From positions 9,187 through 73,186 of the forward strand of contig JBPOJM010000007.1 in assembly GCA_052033585.1 (NCBI GenBank): a stretch of DNA of 64,000 nucleotides, in the 5' to 3' direction. Each line of letters begins with the position of its first letter. Positions within the stretch are counted from its first letter, which is position 1. Positions 33,954-43,395 of the stretch are shown in pieces. The translations under genes and the position numbers were made by a program. Below the pieces are notes generated by a model, which had not been told where the DNA came from, made no database searches, and was given only the letters and a program-made list of their open reading frames with translations. This stretch comes from Patescibacteria group bacterium (GTDB lineage Bacteria > Patescibacteriota > Patescibacteriia > 2-12-FULL-60-25).

Positions 33954-36863
33954 ATGGGTAAAGCAAGAAAAAAGCCTTATTTTAGCCAAAAAATTATGCC
34001 ATTTCTCACCAAACGCATAAGCACTTCTAGCTCGGCAAGCTCTCCCAAGCGTCCATCCAGGCTCAAACGCTTCTTTTCCGCTCCCGGACGAGTACGCACC
34101 ATAATCGCCGTCATTTTAAGTCTCGCCGCCGCCGGTGCTCTGAGCTTAACCATCTTCGCCGCCTGGATCAGCCGTGACCTCCCCGACCCAAACACTCTCG
34201 GGAGCCGCCAAATCGCCCAATCCACCAAAATCTACGACCGAACCGGCACCCACCTCCTCTTCGAAGTCCACGGCGATGAAAAGCGCACCCTCGTCACCAT
34301 CGATAAAATTCCAAAGATCATGCAACACGCCACTGTCTCAATAGAAGACAAAGGCTTTTATGAACATCATGGCATTTACTGGAAAGGCTTAATTCGTGCC
34401 GTCGGCATGAGTGTTATCAAACTCCAGCGTCTACAGGGCACCTCAACTCTCACTCAGCAATTTATTAAAAACGCCGTTCTCGATAACAAACGCTCTCCTG
34501 TCCGCAAACTCAAAGAATTCATCCTCTCCCTTCAACTCGAGCGCGCATATACCAAAGATCAAATCCTCCAACTCTACCTCAACGAAATTCCTTACGGCTC
34601 CACCATCTACGGCGTCGAATCTGCTGCTCGCACCTTCTTCGGTAAGAGCGTCCAAGATATTACCCTCGACGAGGCCGCCCTTCTCGCCGCCATCCCACAA
34701 CGCCCAGACTTCTTCTCCCCCTATGGCACGGGCCTAAGTGGCGATAATCGCCCTCGTCTTGTCATACGCCAGCACTACATCCTCGATCTGATGGCCGAAC
34801 AAGGGTACATCACCAAAGAAGAGGCAGAAGCCGCAAAAAAAATAGAAACCTTAAAAAAAATCATCCCAAAAAAAATCAGTAACATCGAAGCGCCTCACTT
34901 CTCCATGTACGTTCGTGGCATCCTAGAAGACAAATACGGCATTAAACAAACAGCAGAAGGTGGCTACAAAGTCATCACCACTCTTGACTACGACAAACAA
35001 AAAGCCGCGGAAGAAGAAATTAAAAAAGGCGTAGAGGCGCGCGGCAAACAATACCAATTCACCAACGCCGCTCTCATCTCTCTTGATCCAAAAACTGGAC
35101 AAATTTTAAGCATGGTCGGCTCCAAGGATTTTTTCAGCGATGAAATCGATGGCGAGTTCAACGTCACCCTAAATCCTCGTCAACCGGGTTCGAGCTTCAA
35201 ACCGATCGTCTATGCGGCCGCCTTCATCAAAGGCTTCCTCCCTCAAACCATATTATGGGATGTAAACACCACCTTCAAAACAGATACCACCCCGTACGAG
35301 CCAAAAAACTATAACCTGAAAGAAAATGGCCCGATATCCATGCGCCAAGCCCTACAGGGGTCACTCAATATTCCCGCGGTAAAAACTCTCTATCTTGTAG
35401 GCATCTCCAGAACACTCGATTTTGCCGAAACACTTGGCTACACCACCTTTAAAAATCGTTCTCGCTTCGGCCTCGCCCTTGTCTTGGGCGGAGGAGAAGT
35501 AAAACCGATAGAGCATGCGTCGGCGTTTGCCGCGTTTGCGAACGAGGGCACACTCTATCCAACCAGTGCGATCTTGAAAGTGGAAGATTCGAATGGAAAC
35601 ATTCTCGAAGAATGGCAAAAACCCCTTGGCACACAAGTCATGGAACCACAGATCACACGCCTCATTTCGAATGTCCTGTCTGACAATGAGGCACGTGCCT
35701 ACATCTTTGGTACCCGCAATAGCCTCACACTCCCGGACAGACCCGTTGCTGCCAAAACTGGCACCACCAATAACTACCATGACGCCTGGACGGTTGGATA
35801 CACCCCGAGCCTTGTCACCGTCGTTTGGGTTGGTAATAACGACAACAAAGAAATGAAGCGCGGCGCTGACAGCTCTGCCGTCGCTGCCCCTATCTGGCAA
35901 GCCTACATGCGTCGCGCGACCCAAAACACACCGGTTGAACGCTTCACACCACCCGATCCAGCCACAACCAACAAAGCTGCACTTCTCGGTTATACAACCT
36001 CAACCACCATCAACATTGATAAAATAAGCGGCAAGCGCGCGACAGATCTCACGCCGCCAGAATTCATCGAAGCCCGCACCTACCGCGAAGCCCACAACAT
36101 CCTCTACTACATCGATAAAGATGATCCACTCGGCCCCACCCCTACCAATCCTGCGAGTGATCCTCAATTCGCAAACTGGGAAGCTGGGGTTCAATCCTGG
36201 GTGACGCGCAACAATTGGAACACCACTTCAACCCCTCCCACCGAATACGATGACATCCACACCCCCTCCAATCGTCCCCAGGTGAGCATCTTACAACCCG
36301 CGAGCGGACAAACGATTTCCTCACGCAGCTTCAGCGTGACACCCGTCGTCAGCAGCATCCGACCCATCATGCGTGTCGAAGCACGTATTGGTGGAACCCT
36401 CCTCGGCGCCTCCGGTGCCGCACCATGGACCATCCAAGCCCGCGTCCCTAATACCATCGACACCGGCACCCATGAACTCACCATCATCGCCTTCGATGAT
36501 GTCGGAAATAGCGGTCAGGCAAATACCCCCATCCAACTTACCGCGGAGCGTGATCCAAGCCTCAACCTCCTCATCACCTCACCAAGCGCCAGCGAAACTT
36601 GGTCACGCACCTCCTTTCCCAAAACCGCTGTCCTCAGCATCACAGAACCAACTCGCTACCGACGACTCGATATAAAATTTGTGGGCACAGACGGAGTCGA
36701 TCGCTTGGCGGGCAGTGAAATTCTTCCAACCGCCACCGAAGTCTCTATCCGCATCCCTCTGGGTCCGCCAGCAGGTGGCTATCAACTCCAAGTCATTGGC
36801 TTCCCCCAAGACGAAAGCGCTTCAACGGACAGCGCATCCATTCCACTTATCATCACAAATTAA
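33954..36863 (+). CDS. class A penicillin-binding protein (transglycosylase/transpeptidase) with C-terminal Ig-like extension
   Basis: Track ORF 33729..36863. GT51 motifs 'SIEDKGFYEHHGI' and 'GTSTLTQQF', and transpeptidase motifs 'PGSSFKP' and 'AAKTGTTN'. A start at 33954 or 33996 avoids overlap with the upstream gene. Confidence 0.9.
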   Translation: MGKARKKPYFSQKIMPFLTKRISTSSSASSPKRPSRLKRFFSAPGRVRTIIAVILSLAAAGALSLTIFAAWISRDLPDPNTLGSRQIAQSTKIYDRTGTHLLFEVHGDEKRTLVTIDKIPKIMQHATVSIEDKGFYEHHGIYWKGLIRAVGMSVIKLQRLQGTSTLTQQFIKNAVLDNKRSPVRKLKEFILSLQLERAYTKDQILQLYLNEIPYGSTIYGVESAARTFFGKSVQDITLDEAALLAAIPQRPDFFSPYGTGLSGDNRPRLVIRQHYILDLMAEQGYITKEEAEAAKKIETLKKIIPKKISNIEAPHFSMYVRGILEDKYGIKQTAEGGYKVITTLDYDKQKAAEEEIKKGVEARGKQYQFTNAALISLDPKTGQILSMVGSKDFFSDEIDGEFNVTLNPRQPGSSFKPIVYAAAFIKGFLPQTILWDVNTTFKTDTTPYEPKNYNLKENGPISMRQALQGSLNIPAVKTLYLVGISRTLDFAETLGYTTFKNRSRFGLALVLGGGEVKPIEHASAFAAFANEGTLYPTSAILKVEDSNGNILEEWQKPLGTQVMEPQITRLISNVLSDNEARAYIFGTRNSLTLPDRPVAAKTGTTNNYHDAWTVGYTPSLVTVVWVGNNDNKEMKRGADSSAVAAPIWQAYMRRATQNTPVERFTPPDPATTNKAALLGYTTSTTINIDKISGKRATDLTPPEFIEARTYREAHNILYYIDKDDPLGPTPTNPASDPQFANWEAGVQSWVTRNNWNTTSTPPTEYDDIHTPSNRPQVSILQPASGQTISSRSFSVTPVVSSIRPIMRVEARIGGTLLGASGAAPWTIQARVPNTIDTGTHELTIIAFDDVGNSGQANTPIQLTAERDPSLNLLITSPSASETWSRTSFPKTAVLSITEPTRYRRLDIKFVGTDGVDRLAGSEILPTATEVSIRIPLGPPAGGYQLQVIGFPQDESASTDSASIPLIITN

Positions 36864-36871
36864 TTCACTCA

Positions 36872-36905
36872 AACAATCCCCAGGTTATACAGCCTGGGGA
36901 TTGTT
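36872..36905. terminator. bidirectional terminator
   Basis: aacaatccccagg-ttatacag-cctggggattgtt. Confidence 0.7.
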
Positions 36906-36908
36906 CTA

Positions 36909-38546
36909 TTATTGCTTTTTCAATACATATAACTTCCCTCGCGTTCTGGAAGTATGCTCGTAAGAATAGGTAGAGATGAGGCGATATCCTTCCAACGCCG
37001 GTGAATACGACAACACATACTTACGAGTCACTTCCGGCACCAGTGTCGTGATATACCACGGCATCTTCGGATCATAATACGGCAAAATCTCTGGATTCCC
37101 TTTCTTGTACCAACGCCACCCGAGCCACTCATACCCCCCATCAATATCAGTAATTGCCACTCCCTGGCGCGCCAACCCATCCGCTGCCAACCACTTCGCT
37201 CTTGTAAGCGAGATATATTCTCGCGTGCCCGTAACTGAAAACAAAGCCAGACAGGCAATCCAACACCCCGCACAGACCATCATCGTTCTGGATGGCGGTG
37301 TCCGTATCCAACAAAAAATCGCGAGAACTAAAGCCGGCACAAAAACACTCAAATAATAACGATCAAAACTTCGAAACAATAAAAGAGCTGCCATCTGAGA
37401 CAAAAGAATGAGCAGCAAAAACCGCTCATACCCACGCACACCCCCCTCAACACGGTCAGACCTGCGTCGCAACGATCGCGCCACACTCTCAACAAGAAAA
37501 AAGACCACTATTCCACTCGCAGCACCTACCAATCCCGTCACACAAAATGACATCCAAGTCGGCCAGACTACCTCTGCCACACCCGATAAAACATCCGTTC
37601 TCACGCCCAATCCATACTTCGTCCAAACATTTCCAAAGAACGGAAAGGCTATTTCATAAACAGAAAAAAGAACAATATTCAACCCAGCCCCCAGCCCAGC
37701 TGCTAAAGACACATACCATCTACACGCTCTCGTTAAAGAAGAAGTTGCGAGGAATAGAACGGGAATCAACAAAAAGGACACGTACTGCCAAATATAGAAG
37801 AACTGAGTTCTCATATGCTCCCAAAGCCCTCCCAAATCATGGAACACATGGAACGAAACAATATTCATGGGCCACCATCCTCGTACCTGCAGAAAAAAAT
37901 ATAAACCGATCGATAAGATCAAACCAGGAAAAACCCCAGCCAACAACCCCAACTTCTTCGCTCGCCGGTCAGGCTGCATCAACAAAAGAAAAAACGAGGC
38001 CACAAACACCGCGGCATAATTCTGCCGAATAGTCGCCGCATAGATAGCAAAAAACTGCGCTAACCATAACCAACTTAAGCGCGGAGAATTCCACCACCGT
38101 CCATAGAATAACAGACTAACCATCACCAAAGATAAGGCCGGCACATCCGTCATAAACGAAAGGCTCAAATTATAAAAAAGGGGCTGAAAAAACAGCGCCA
38201 AACTCCCGATCACCGCCACCCCAACCCCTACACGCCATAAAAATAAACGATACAAAGCCATCACACCCATCACCGCAAAAACAAACGTTGAAACATGTAA
38301 GAGCGTCAGACTAAAACCAAATAAAGATACAAGCCCCTTCGCATACAATAACTGCCCCATAAACACCGGGACAATAAACGAGTCCAACCTGAACGTTTCA
38401 AGAGAAAAATCCTGCACAGCTCGCGCAAAAATCCAGTCATCATTCAAGGCAAACTCCCCGAATGGGCGCGTGAGTGCCGCCGCAAGCCCAACAACCAGCA
38501 AAAGAGCGCAAACACCAAACCAAAAATGTCGTTGAAAAGACGCCAT
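36909..38546 (-). CDS. GT-C fold (ArnT/PMT-like, GT39/83-type) membrane glycosyltransferase
   Basis: Track ORF 36909..38594, with a dozen or more TM helices and a soluble C-terminal domain. The ATG at 38546 is preferred because the 38594 GTG lies inside the dnaN terminator hairpin. The function is inferred from architecture only. Confidence 0.5.
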   Translation of the reverse strand: MASFQRHFWFGVCALLLVVGLAAALTRPFGEFALNDDWIFARAVQDFSLETFRLDSFIVPVFMGQLLYAKGLVSLFGFSLTLLHVSTFVFAVMGVMALYRLFLWRVGVGVAVIGSLALFFQPLFYNLSLSFMTDVPALSLVMVSLLFYGRWWNSPRLSWLWLAQFFAIYAATIRQNYAAVFVASFFLLLMQPDRRAKKLGLLAGVFPGLILSIGLYFFLQVRGWWPMNIVSFHVFHDLGGLWEHMRTQFFYIWQYVSFLLIPVLFLATSSLTRACRWYVSLAAGLGAGLNIVLFSVYEIAFPFFGNVWTKYGLGVRTDVLSGVAEVVWPTWMSFCVTGLVGAASGIVVFFLVESVARSLRRRSDRVEGGVRGYERFLLLILLSQMAALLLFRSFDRYYLSVFVPALVLAIFCWIRTPPSRTMMVCAGCWIACLALFSVTGTREYISLTRAKWLAADGLARQGVAITDIDGGYEWLGWRWYKKGNPEILPYYDPKMPWYITTLVPEVTRKYVLSYSPALEGYRLISTYSYEHTSRTRGKLYVLKKQ

Positions 38547-38586
38547 AAAACATCGCAAGCGTAACAGAAATTCCGCACCTGGAACA

Positions 38587-38615
38587 GAAAACACGTGCTA
38601 TCCGCACGTGTTTTC
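38587..38615 (-). terminator. hairpin downstream of dnaN
   Basis: gaaaacacgtgc-tatcc-gcacgtgttttc. Confidence 0.55.
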
Positions 38616-38654
38616 AACACACTATCCCCACACCCGAGAACGATGTGGAAAATC

Positions 38655-39794
38655 CTACTGACGAATCGGCATCACAATATACTTAAACCCTTCCGCTTTC
38701 TCCGAACTGAGAACCACCGGACTAAATGCGTCAATCATACGAATCGTGACTTGATCCGTCCCAAGCGCCGCTAACCCATCAGACACGTATTTAAAGTTAA
38801 GCGTCACTTTATTCGCTTCTCCTTCCAACTGCCCCTTAAGCACGGTTGTATGCGCCCCCGTCCCAGAATCAGACGAGGAAATACTCAATCCATTCGGGGT
38901 CTTCATTTCAAACAAGACATCATAGATCCCCTGGCGAGCAAACAAGCTTGCGGCTCGAATCGCCTTAGCCAACTCAACACGCTGAACCGTAAACGTCGAC
39001 TTAAACTGTTGTGGAATCAAAGGACGATAATCAGGGAACGACCCCTCGATCAATCGCGACACCAGCTCCACATTCCCATATGAGAATACTAACTGACTCT
39101 CGGTTATCGACCATTCAACAACTTCTGGAACCCCCACATCATCCTTATACGCCGACAGGATGCGCCCAATCTCACCCAGAGCTCTCGCAGGCACAATACA
39201 CCGCGCCGAACGCGTGTTGCCCCCCTGAGACATCGTCACAACGCGCTCAGACAAGCGATATGAATCCGTTGCTGCCATTAAAAGCGTATCCGGACGCTCT
39301 TCGCCATGAAATACGCACGATACACCCGATAATTCCGGTCGCGATTCAGAACTCGACACAGCAAACGCCACCTGCCCAATCGCTTGTTTCAAAAGCTCCG
39401 CCTGAAACCGATACGCACCATCCCGTGCCAATTTTGGGATTAAAGGAAACTCTGTCGCTGGCATCCCTTTAATCGTGGTAACTTTATCATCCGCGCTAAT
39501 TTTAAGCCCCTCTTCTGTAACACTCATCTCAACCTTTCCAGCGGGTAACAAGGATACATAATCCTGTAGCAGCTTGGCTGGCACCGTATACTCCCCGGGC
39601 TGGTCGACACGTCCTCGCACAATCACAGAGACCGCCATTTCCAAATTCGTTGTGCTTAACTTTAAGGTTCCCTCTTCCACCTTCATAAGCACATTTGCCA
39701 AGATTGGAAGGTTGGCGCTCTTCCCCGCAATGTGACCAACTAAAGAAAGGCCTTGCAGAAGATTCTCTTGTGTACAGGCAAAAATCATAATCAT
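38655..39794 (-). CDS. dnaN: DNA polymerase III beta sliding clamp
   Basis: 379 aa. 'LPILANVLMKVEEGTLKLSTTNLEMAV' and the C-terminal '...KYIVMPIRQ' are typical, and it lies directly downstream of dnaA. Confidence 0.95.
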   Translation of the reverse strand: MIMIFACTQENLLQGLSLVGHIAGKSANLPILANVLMKVEEGTLKLSTTNLEMAVSVIVRGRVDQPGEYTVPAKLLQDYVSLLPAGKVEMSVTEEGLKISADDKVTTIKGMPATEFPLIPKLARDGAYRFQAELLKQAIGQVAFAVSSSESRPELSGVSCVFHGEERPDTLLMAATDSYRLSERVVTMSQGGNTRSARCIVPARALGEIGRILSAYKDDVGVPEVVEWSITESQLVFSYGNVELVSRLIEGSFPDYRPLIPQQFKSTFTVQRVELAKAIRAASLFARQGIYDVLFEMKTPNGLSISSSDSGTGAHTTVLKGQLEGEANKVTLNFKYVSDGLAALGTDQVTIRMIDAFSPVVLSSEKAEGFKYIVMPIRQ

Positions 39795-40112
39795 TCAATA
39801 AGATAGATTCGTCTTCATCCTGACCTATAGGCAAGATCCCTTCAAGTCCTGGGCTTTCCACAAGAAGAGGGTGGCTTAGAGATAGGTGAGATAGATGTAT
39901 AAAACGGAAGTAGTAATAGTAAGCCCTGTGGAGATGTGGAGAAGCGGCAAAACCCTACTATTTTAGAGAAGAAAATCCCCGCACGCCTCCACAGTCATCT
40001 GTGCGACACAACGGGATAACAGCGGATATCCTGAGGACAAGATGCCCGCTGCCTCACAGGGTGCTTGTCCCCGCACACCTAGTCCCCAGCTTTCCCGACG
40101 GAACCCACAGAC
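39795..40112. promoter_or_regulatory. dnaA-dnaN intergenic region with imperfect DnaA-box-like 9-mers
   Basis: CTTTCCACA (39854-62), TGTGGAGAT (39927-35) and TGTGGAGAA (39935-43), each 1-2 mismatches from TTATCCACA/TGTGGATAA. Confidence 0.4.
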
Positions 40113-41516
40113 CTAAGCGGTAGTGTTATATAACCGCTCTAAAATGAGCGTGATATCCCGCTTCACCTGTGTATCATCCTGGATAAGCTGTGCAATTTTT
40201 TCACACGCATGCATAGCGGTTGTGTGATCGCGTCCACCTAAATGATCCCCAATGGTGGGGAAAGAACATTTTGTTTCCTCACGCAAAAGATACATCGCGA
40301 TTTGGCGCGGTAAAGCAAACCGTTGTTCGCGACTTTTGCCTACGATCTGCTCATGACTAATGTCGTAGTGTCCACGCACCGCCTCAATGAGTAAGCGTGG
40401 GCTTACCGTTCGTTTAGTGATCGTAGGGGTAAAGCTCTGGAGTAGAGGCTGAATCGAGCTCGCGCTTGGCTGAATATTTTTAAACTGGTGGTAGGCGATA
40501 ATCTTGTTGAGTGCGCCTTCAAGCTCGCGGATATTGGATTGAATGGCTCCCGCCATCATGTGCAGGATCTCGGTCGATAGTGGGTAGTTCTTTTCTCGAG
40601 CCTTTGCCTCTAAAATCGCCACACGTGTCTCAAAATCCGGTTTTGTAATATCAATCATCATGCCCCATTCAAAGCGCGACTGAAGGCGGCTTTCTAGGGT
40701 CTGGATATCTTTAGGTGGGCGGTCAGATGCAATCACGATCTGCTTATTGTTCTGGTGGAGGGTATTAAAGGTGTGAAAAAATTCTTCCTGTGTTCCTTCT
40801 TTTCCAGTTAAAAACTGGATATCATCAATCAAAAGCACGTCAACTGTTCGATAACGATCCTTAAAATCCCCTGCGGCTCCGCTGCGCACCGCTTGGATAA
40901 ACTCATTTGTAAACCGTTCACAGGTTACATACTGTACCTTGGCATTTGTATTATCCCGACACACATGGTGCCCAATCGCCTGGAGTAAGTGCGTCTTTCC
41001 CATCCCCACCCCTCCGTAAATAAACAAGGGGTTATATGCTTGTCCCGGCTTCGCTGACACGGCCATACAGGCCGCATGAGCTAATTCATTATTTTTTCCC
41101 ACAATAAACTGTGGAAAGGTGTAGCGAGGGTTAAGTCCAAGATCTGCCGCCCGCGTCGTCGGCTCAAAAGAAGATCCATCCACGCCAGGCGCTTGAAGAG
41201 GGTCGTGTTCCGAATCGGTGGAGGGAGTTGGTTCAGCTAAATGCTCAATCGGGAGCACGGTGGTGTTCCGTACCTCAACACGATAATGGATTTCTCTGAT
41301 CGGCTGTGAACAGGCGGAGCGCAATGCTTTGGCAATCGCGTCATGGTATTTGCGCTCTAGCCAAGATTTTGTAAACGTATTTGGTACAGCCACCACCACC
41401 CGTCCATTTTCGTAGGAACTGATAAAGGTGTTGCGAAACCAGGTGGTAAAATTGGCCTTGGATAAGGTGAGCTCGATCTCACCGAGGGCGGATTGCCAAA
41501 GTGCTTGCAAGTCCAT
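40113..41516 (-). CDS. dnaA: chromosomal replication initiator DnaA
   Basis: 467 aa with Walker A 'GGVGMGKTHLL', 'LLIDDIQFL', sensor motifs and the C-terminal DNA-binding 'LPRQIAMYLLRE...GGRDHTTAMHA'. Confidence 0.97.
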   Translation of the reverse strand: MDLQALWQSALGEIELTLSKANFTTWFRNTFISSYENGRVVVAVPNTFTKSWLERKYHDAIAKALRSACSQPIREIHYRVEVRNTTVLPIEHLAEPTPSTDSEHDPLQAPGVDGSSFEPTTRAADLGLNPRYTFPQFIVGKNNELAHAACMAVSAKPGQAYNPLFIYGGVGMGKTHLLQAIGHHVCRDNTNAKVQYVTCERFTNEFIQAVRSGAAGDFKDRYRTVDVLLIDDIQFLTGKEGTQEEFFHTFNTLHQNNKQIVIASDRPPKDIQTLESRLQSRFEWGMMIDITKPDFETRVAILEAKAREKNYPLSTEILHMMAGAIQSNIRELEGALNKIIAYHQFKNIQPSASSIQPLLQSFTPTITKRTVSPRLLIEAVRGHYDISHEQIVGKSREQRFALPRQIAMYLLREETKCSFPTIGDHLGGRDHTTAMHACEKIAQLIQDDTQVKRDITLILERLYNTTA

Positions 41517-41563
41517 AGGAGTATATGCTGGATACTTTCAATCCTGCATCACATTGTCAAACA

Positions 41564-41601
41564 TGTGGATAACCCGTGGAAAAACCAACAGTTTATCCAC
41601 A
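41564..41601. promoter_or_regulatory. two perfect DnaA boxes (oriC / dnaA promoter region)
   Basis: TGTGGATAA at 41564-41572 and TTATCCACA at 41593-41601, in the dnaA-rpmH divergent intergenic region. Confidence 0.75.
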
Positions 41602-41680
41602 GCTTATCAAAAACCATGGGGATTTTGCGGGGAGAGACCTTGCCAAAACCAAATAAATATCCTAGAGTACTCCCATTCTT

Positions 41681-41845
41681 ATGGCTACCAAACGAACCTA
41701 CCAGCCCAAAAAGCGTCGACGCGCTCGCGTTCACGGGTTTCGTGCACGCATGCAAACCGCTGACGGTCGCGAAGTTCTCTCTCGCCGTCGCGCCAAAGGC
41801 CGCAAACGCATCGCCATTAAAACGGCCAAGGTCAACAAGCGTTAA
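41681..41845 (+). CDS. rpmH: 50S ribosomal protein L34
   Basis: Too short for the track. My translation is [54 protein letters not shown]. Confidence 0.93.
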   Translation: MATKRTYQPKKRRRARVHGFRARMQTADGREVLSRRRAKGRKRIAIKTAKVNKR

Positions 41846-41849
41846 TCCC

Positions 41850-42260
41850 GTGCTCCCACGCACCGATCGCCTGCGCCGCATGCGCGACTTCGCCCTCCTC
41901 TCCCAGAGGGGGCGCGTTGTTTTTGGCCCATTTTTCACCCTCCGCTTCCGCCCAAGCCAAGAACCTACCAAAATCGGTTTCGTTGCCAGCGCCAAAATCT
42001 TCAAAACCGCCGTCGCTCGCAACCGCGTCAAACGCCGCCTCCGCGAAGCTCTCGGAGTCGTCCGCCCCTTCTGGCCATTAAAGATGGATATCCTCTTTAT
42101 CGCTAAGCCCGAAGCCACGACCACGGAATACCAGGCTCTCGTCGCCTCCGTAAAACGCGCCTTCGAAAAAATCCCCGAAGCCCTCAAAGCACCTCCAACC
42201 CCCCGCAAAAACCCCAAAGCCCGCCGCAAAACGTCGGTTGTATATAAGGGCGGGTCGTGA
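41850..42260 (+). CDS. rnpA: RNase P protein component
   Basis: In frame within track ORF 41493..42260. The GTG at 41850 gives 'LPRTDRLRRMRDFALLSQRGR...AVARNRVKRRLREA', which contains the RNR motif. It follows rpmH. Confidence 0.85.
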   Translation: MLPRTDRLRRMRDFALLSQRGRVVFGPFFTLRFRPSQEPTKIGFVASAKIFKTAVARNRVKRRLREALGVVRPFWPLKMDILFIAKPEATTTEYQALVASVKRAFEKIPEALKAPPTPRKNPKARRKTSVVYKGGS

Positions 42261-42274
42261 TCCCTAATCGTTAC

Positions 42275-42472
42275 CCCCTCCTCGACTCCTCTAGGGCTCC
42301 GACACAAGTGCTATTTTTGATCAACTGAACTCGCATTCCGCCTTTATTGTGCTCTTTGTGACGGACCGGAGCTAAGTCCTGCAACCGCAAATCGAGTGCA
42401 ACGGCCTTAGCTCCTTGCTCGGACAGCAGTTGATCAAAAATAGCACTTGTGTCGGAGCCCATCGCCTATTCC
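42275..42472. repeat. foldback element A3, with core inverted relative to A1/A2
   Basis: IR-left at 42294-42327 (gggctccgacacaagtgctatttttgatcaactg) pairs perfectly with IR-right at 42427-42460. The core at 42328-42426 is the reverse complement of the A1/A2 cores, while the outer flanks (ccccctcctc..ctctag on the left, catcgcctatt on the right) keep the A2 orientation. Confidence 0.8.
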
Positions 42473-42493
42473 TCTTTATTTCCCGAAGGGGCT

Positions 42494-42577
42494 ACCCGTT
42501 CCGCTGCGAGATCTCTCGACTGCGCCACGTCGTTCGCGAATGACGTGGCTGCGTATAACTTCGCTCGAGATGACAGG
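42494..42577. repeat. REP-like repeat family B, copy 2
   Basis: acccgttccgctgcgagatctctcgact-[gccacgtcgttcgcgaatgacgtggc]-tgcgtataacttcgctcgagatgacagg. Confidence 0.7.
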
Positions 42578-42586
42578 CAAAATAGT

Positions 42587-42844
42587 ATGCGCCTCTTTTT
42601 TCAATACCTAATACGTTTGTATCAAAACACCCTGTCTTTAGACCACGGGCCTCTTCGTCGTTTCACGACCCAACCAAGATGCAAATTCCACCCCACCTGC
42701 TCCCAGTACGCCTACGACGCCATTGGTCGTTTTGGAGTATTCAATGGCGTACATCTCGCCATAAAACGTATCTTCCGCTGCCATCCCTGGACGTTAGGAG
42801 GAATTGACCCGATTCCAGAAAAACTTGTAAAAAAATATAAATAA
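42587..42844 (+). CDS. yidD: membrane protein insertion efficiency factor YidD
   Basis: Inside track ORF 42449..42844. 'CKFHPTCSQYAYDAIGRFGVFNGVHLAIKRIFRCHPW..GGIDPIP' is the YidD signature. Confidence 0.9.
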   Translation: MRLFFQYLIRLYQNTLSLDHGPLRRFTTQPRCKFHPTCSQYAYDAIGRFGVFNGVHLAIKRIFRCHPWTLGGIDPIPEKLVKKYK

Positions 42845-43056
42845 TGCACAATGCAGGCAGGAGGAAGTTCCCGATGGAAGAACTGAAAGCCTTCGCGCTC
42901 GCCATAGTGCATACGCTGGACCCTACCCTCAGCGGTGCGAGACTCCAGGAGGCAGCTGATCGCATGGTGCGCCTCTACGGAGCTGATCCGAACAGGTTCA
43001 CGCAGGATGGCAGCTGGCTCGCCACCACCTACACCGCCCCCGCGAACTCCAACTAG
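42844..43056 (+). CDS. hypothetical small protein (G+C-rich), start overlaps the yidD stop (TAATG)
   Basis: Track ORF of 70 aa. The 1-nt stop/start overlap suggests translational coupling. Confidence 0.4.
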   Translation: MHNAGRRKFPMEELKAFALAIVHTLDPTLSGARLQEAADRMVRLYGADPNRFTQDGSWLATTYTAPANSN

Positions 43057-43115
43057 CACAACCTCTCCCTACACCCCTCGTCCCTCCTCACTCTGAGGCA
43101 GCGGACGCTTCTTTT

Positions 43116-43373
43116 TTATATACCCAACCCATTTTTCACGTCCTCCTCAGACATCGGTAAGCAAATCCTTTTTCTCTTGCCACTCATCCCTTTTTCAATC
43201 TCGATCAACGACGGAGCGATGCCTAATGTCTTCGCCAAAAAACGACACAATTCCTCATTCGCTTTTCCATCCACGGGCGGAGCCGCCAATCGAATCTTTA
43301 AAGCCCCCTCGTGCCATCCCACCATCTCCGTCTTACTCGCATTCGGAATAACAATAACGGGCAAACGGTACAT
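43116..43373 (-). CDS. DUF167/YggU family protein
   Basis: 'VIPNASKTEMVGWHEGALKIRLAAPPVDGKANEELCRFLAKTLGI' matches the YggU pattern. Confidence 0.85.
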   Translation of the reverse strand: MYRLPVIVIPNASKTEMVGWHEGALKIRLAAPPVDGKANEELCRFLAKTLGIAPSLIEIEKGMSGKRKRICLPMSEEDVKNGLGI

Positions 43374-43395
43374 AAGGTAGAAAATATTCGTTCTC

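Noticed and set aside
41549-42307. A 252-aa minus-strand ORF, and the 255-aa plus-strand ORF 41493..42260 taken as a single gene.
   Set aside because: The region is explained by rpmH (41681..41845) and rnpA (41850..42260). The minus-strand ORF is antisense, and the N-terminus of the long plus-strand ORF crosses the intergenic DnaA-box region.
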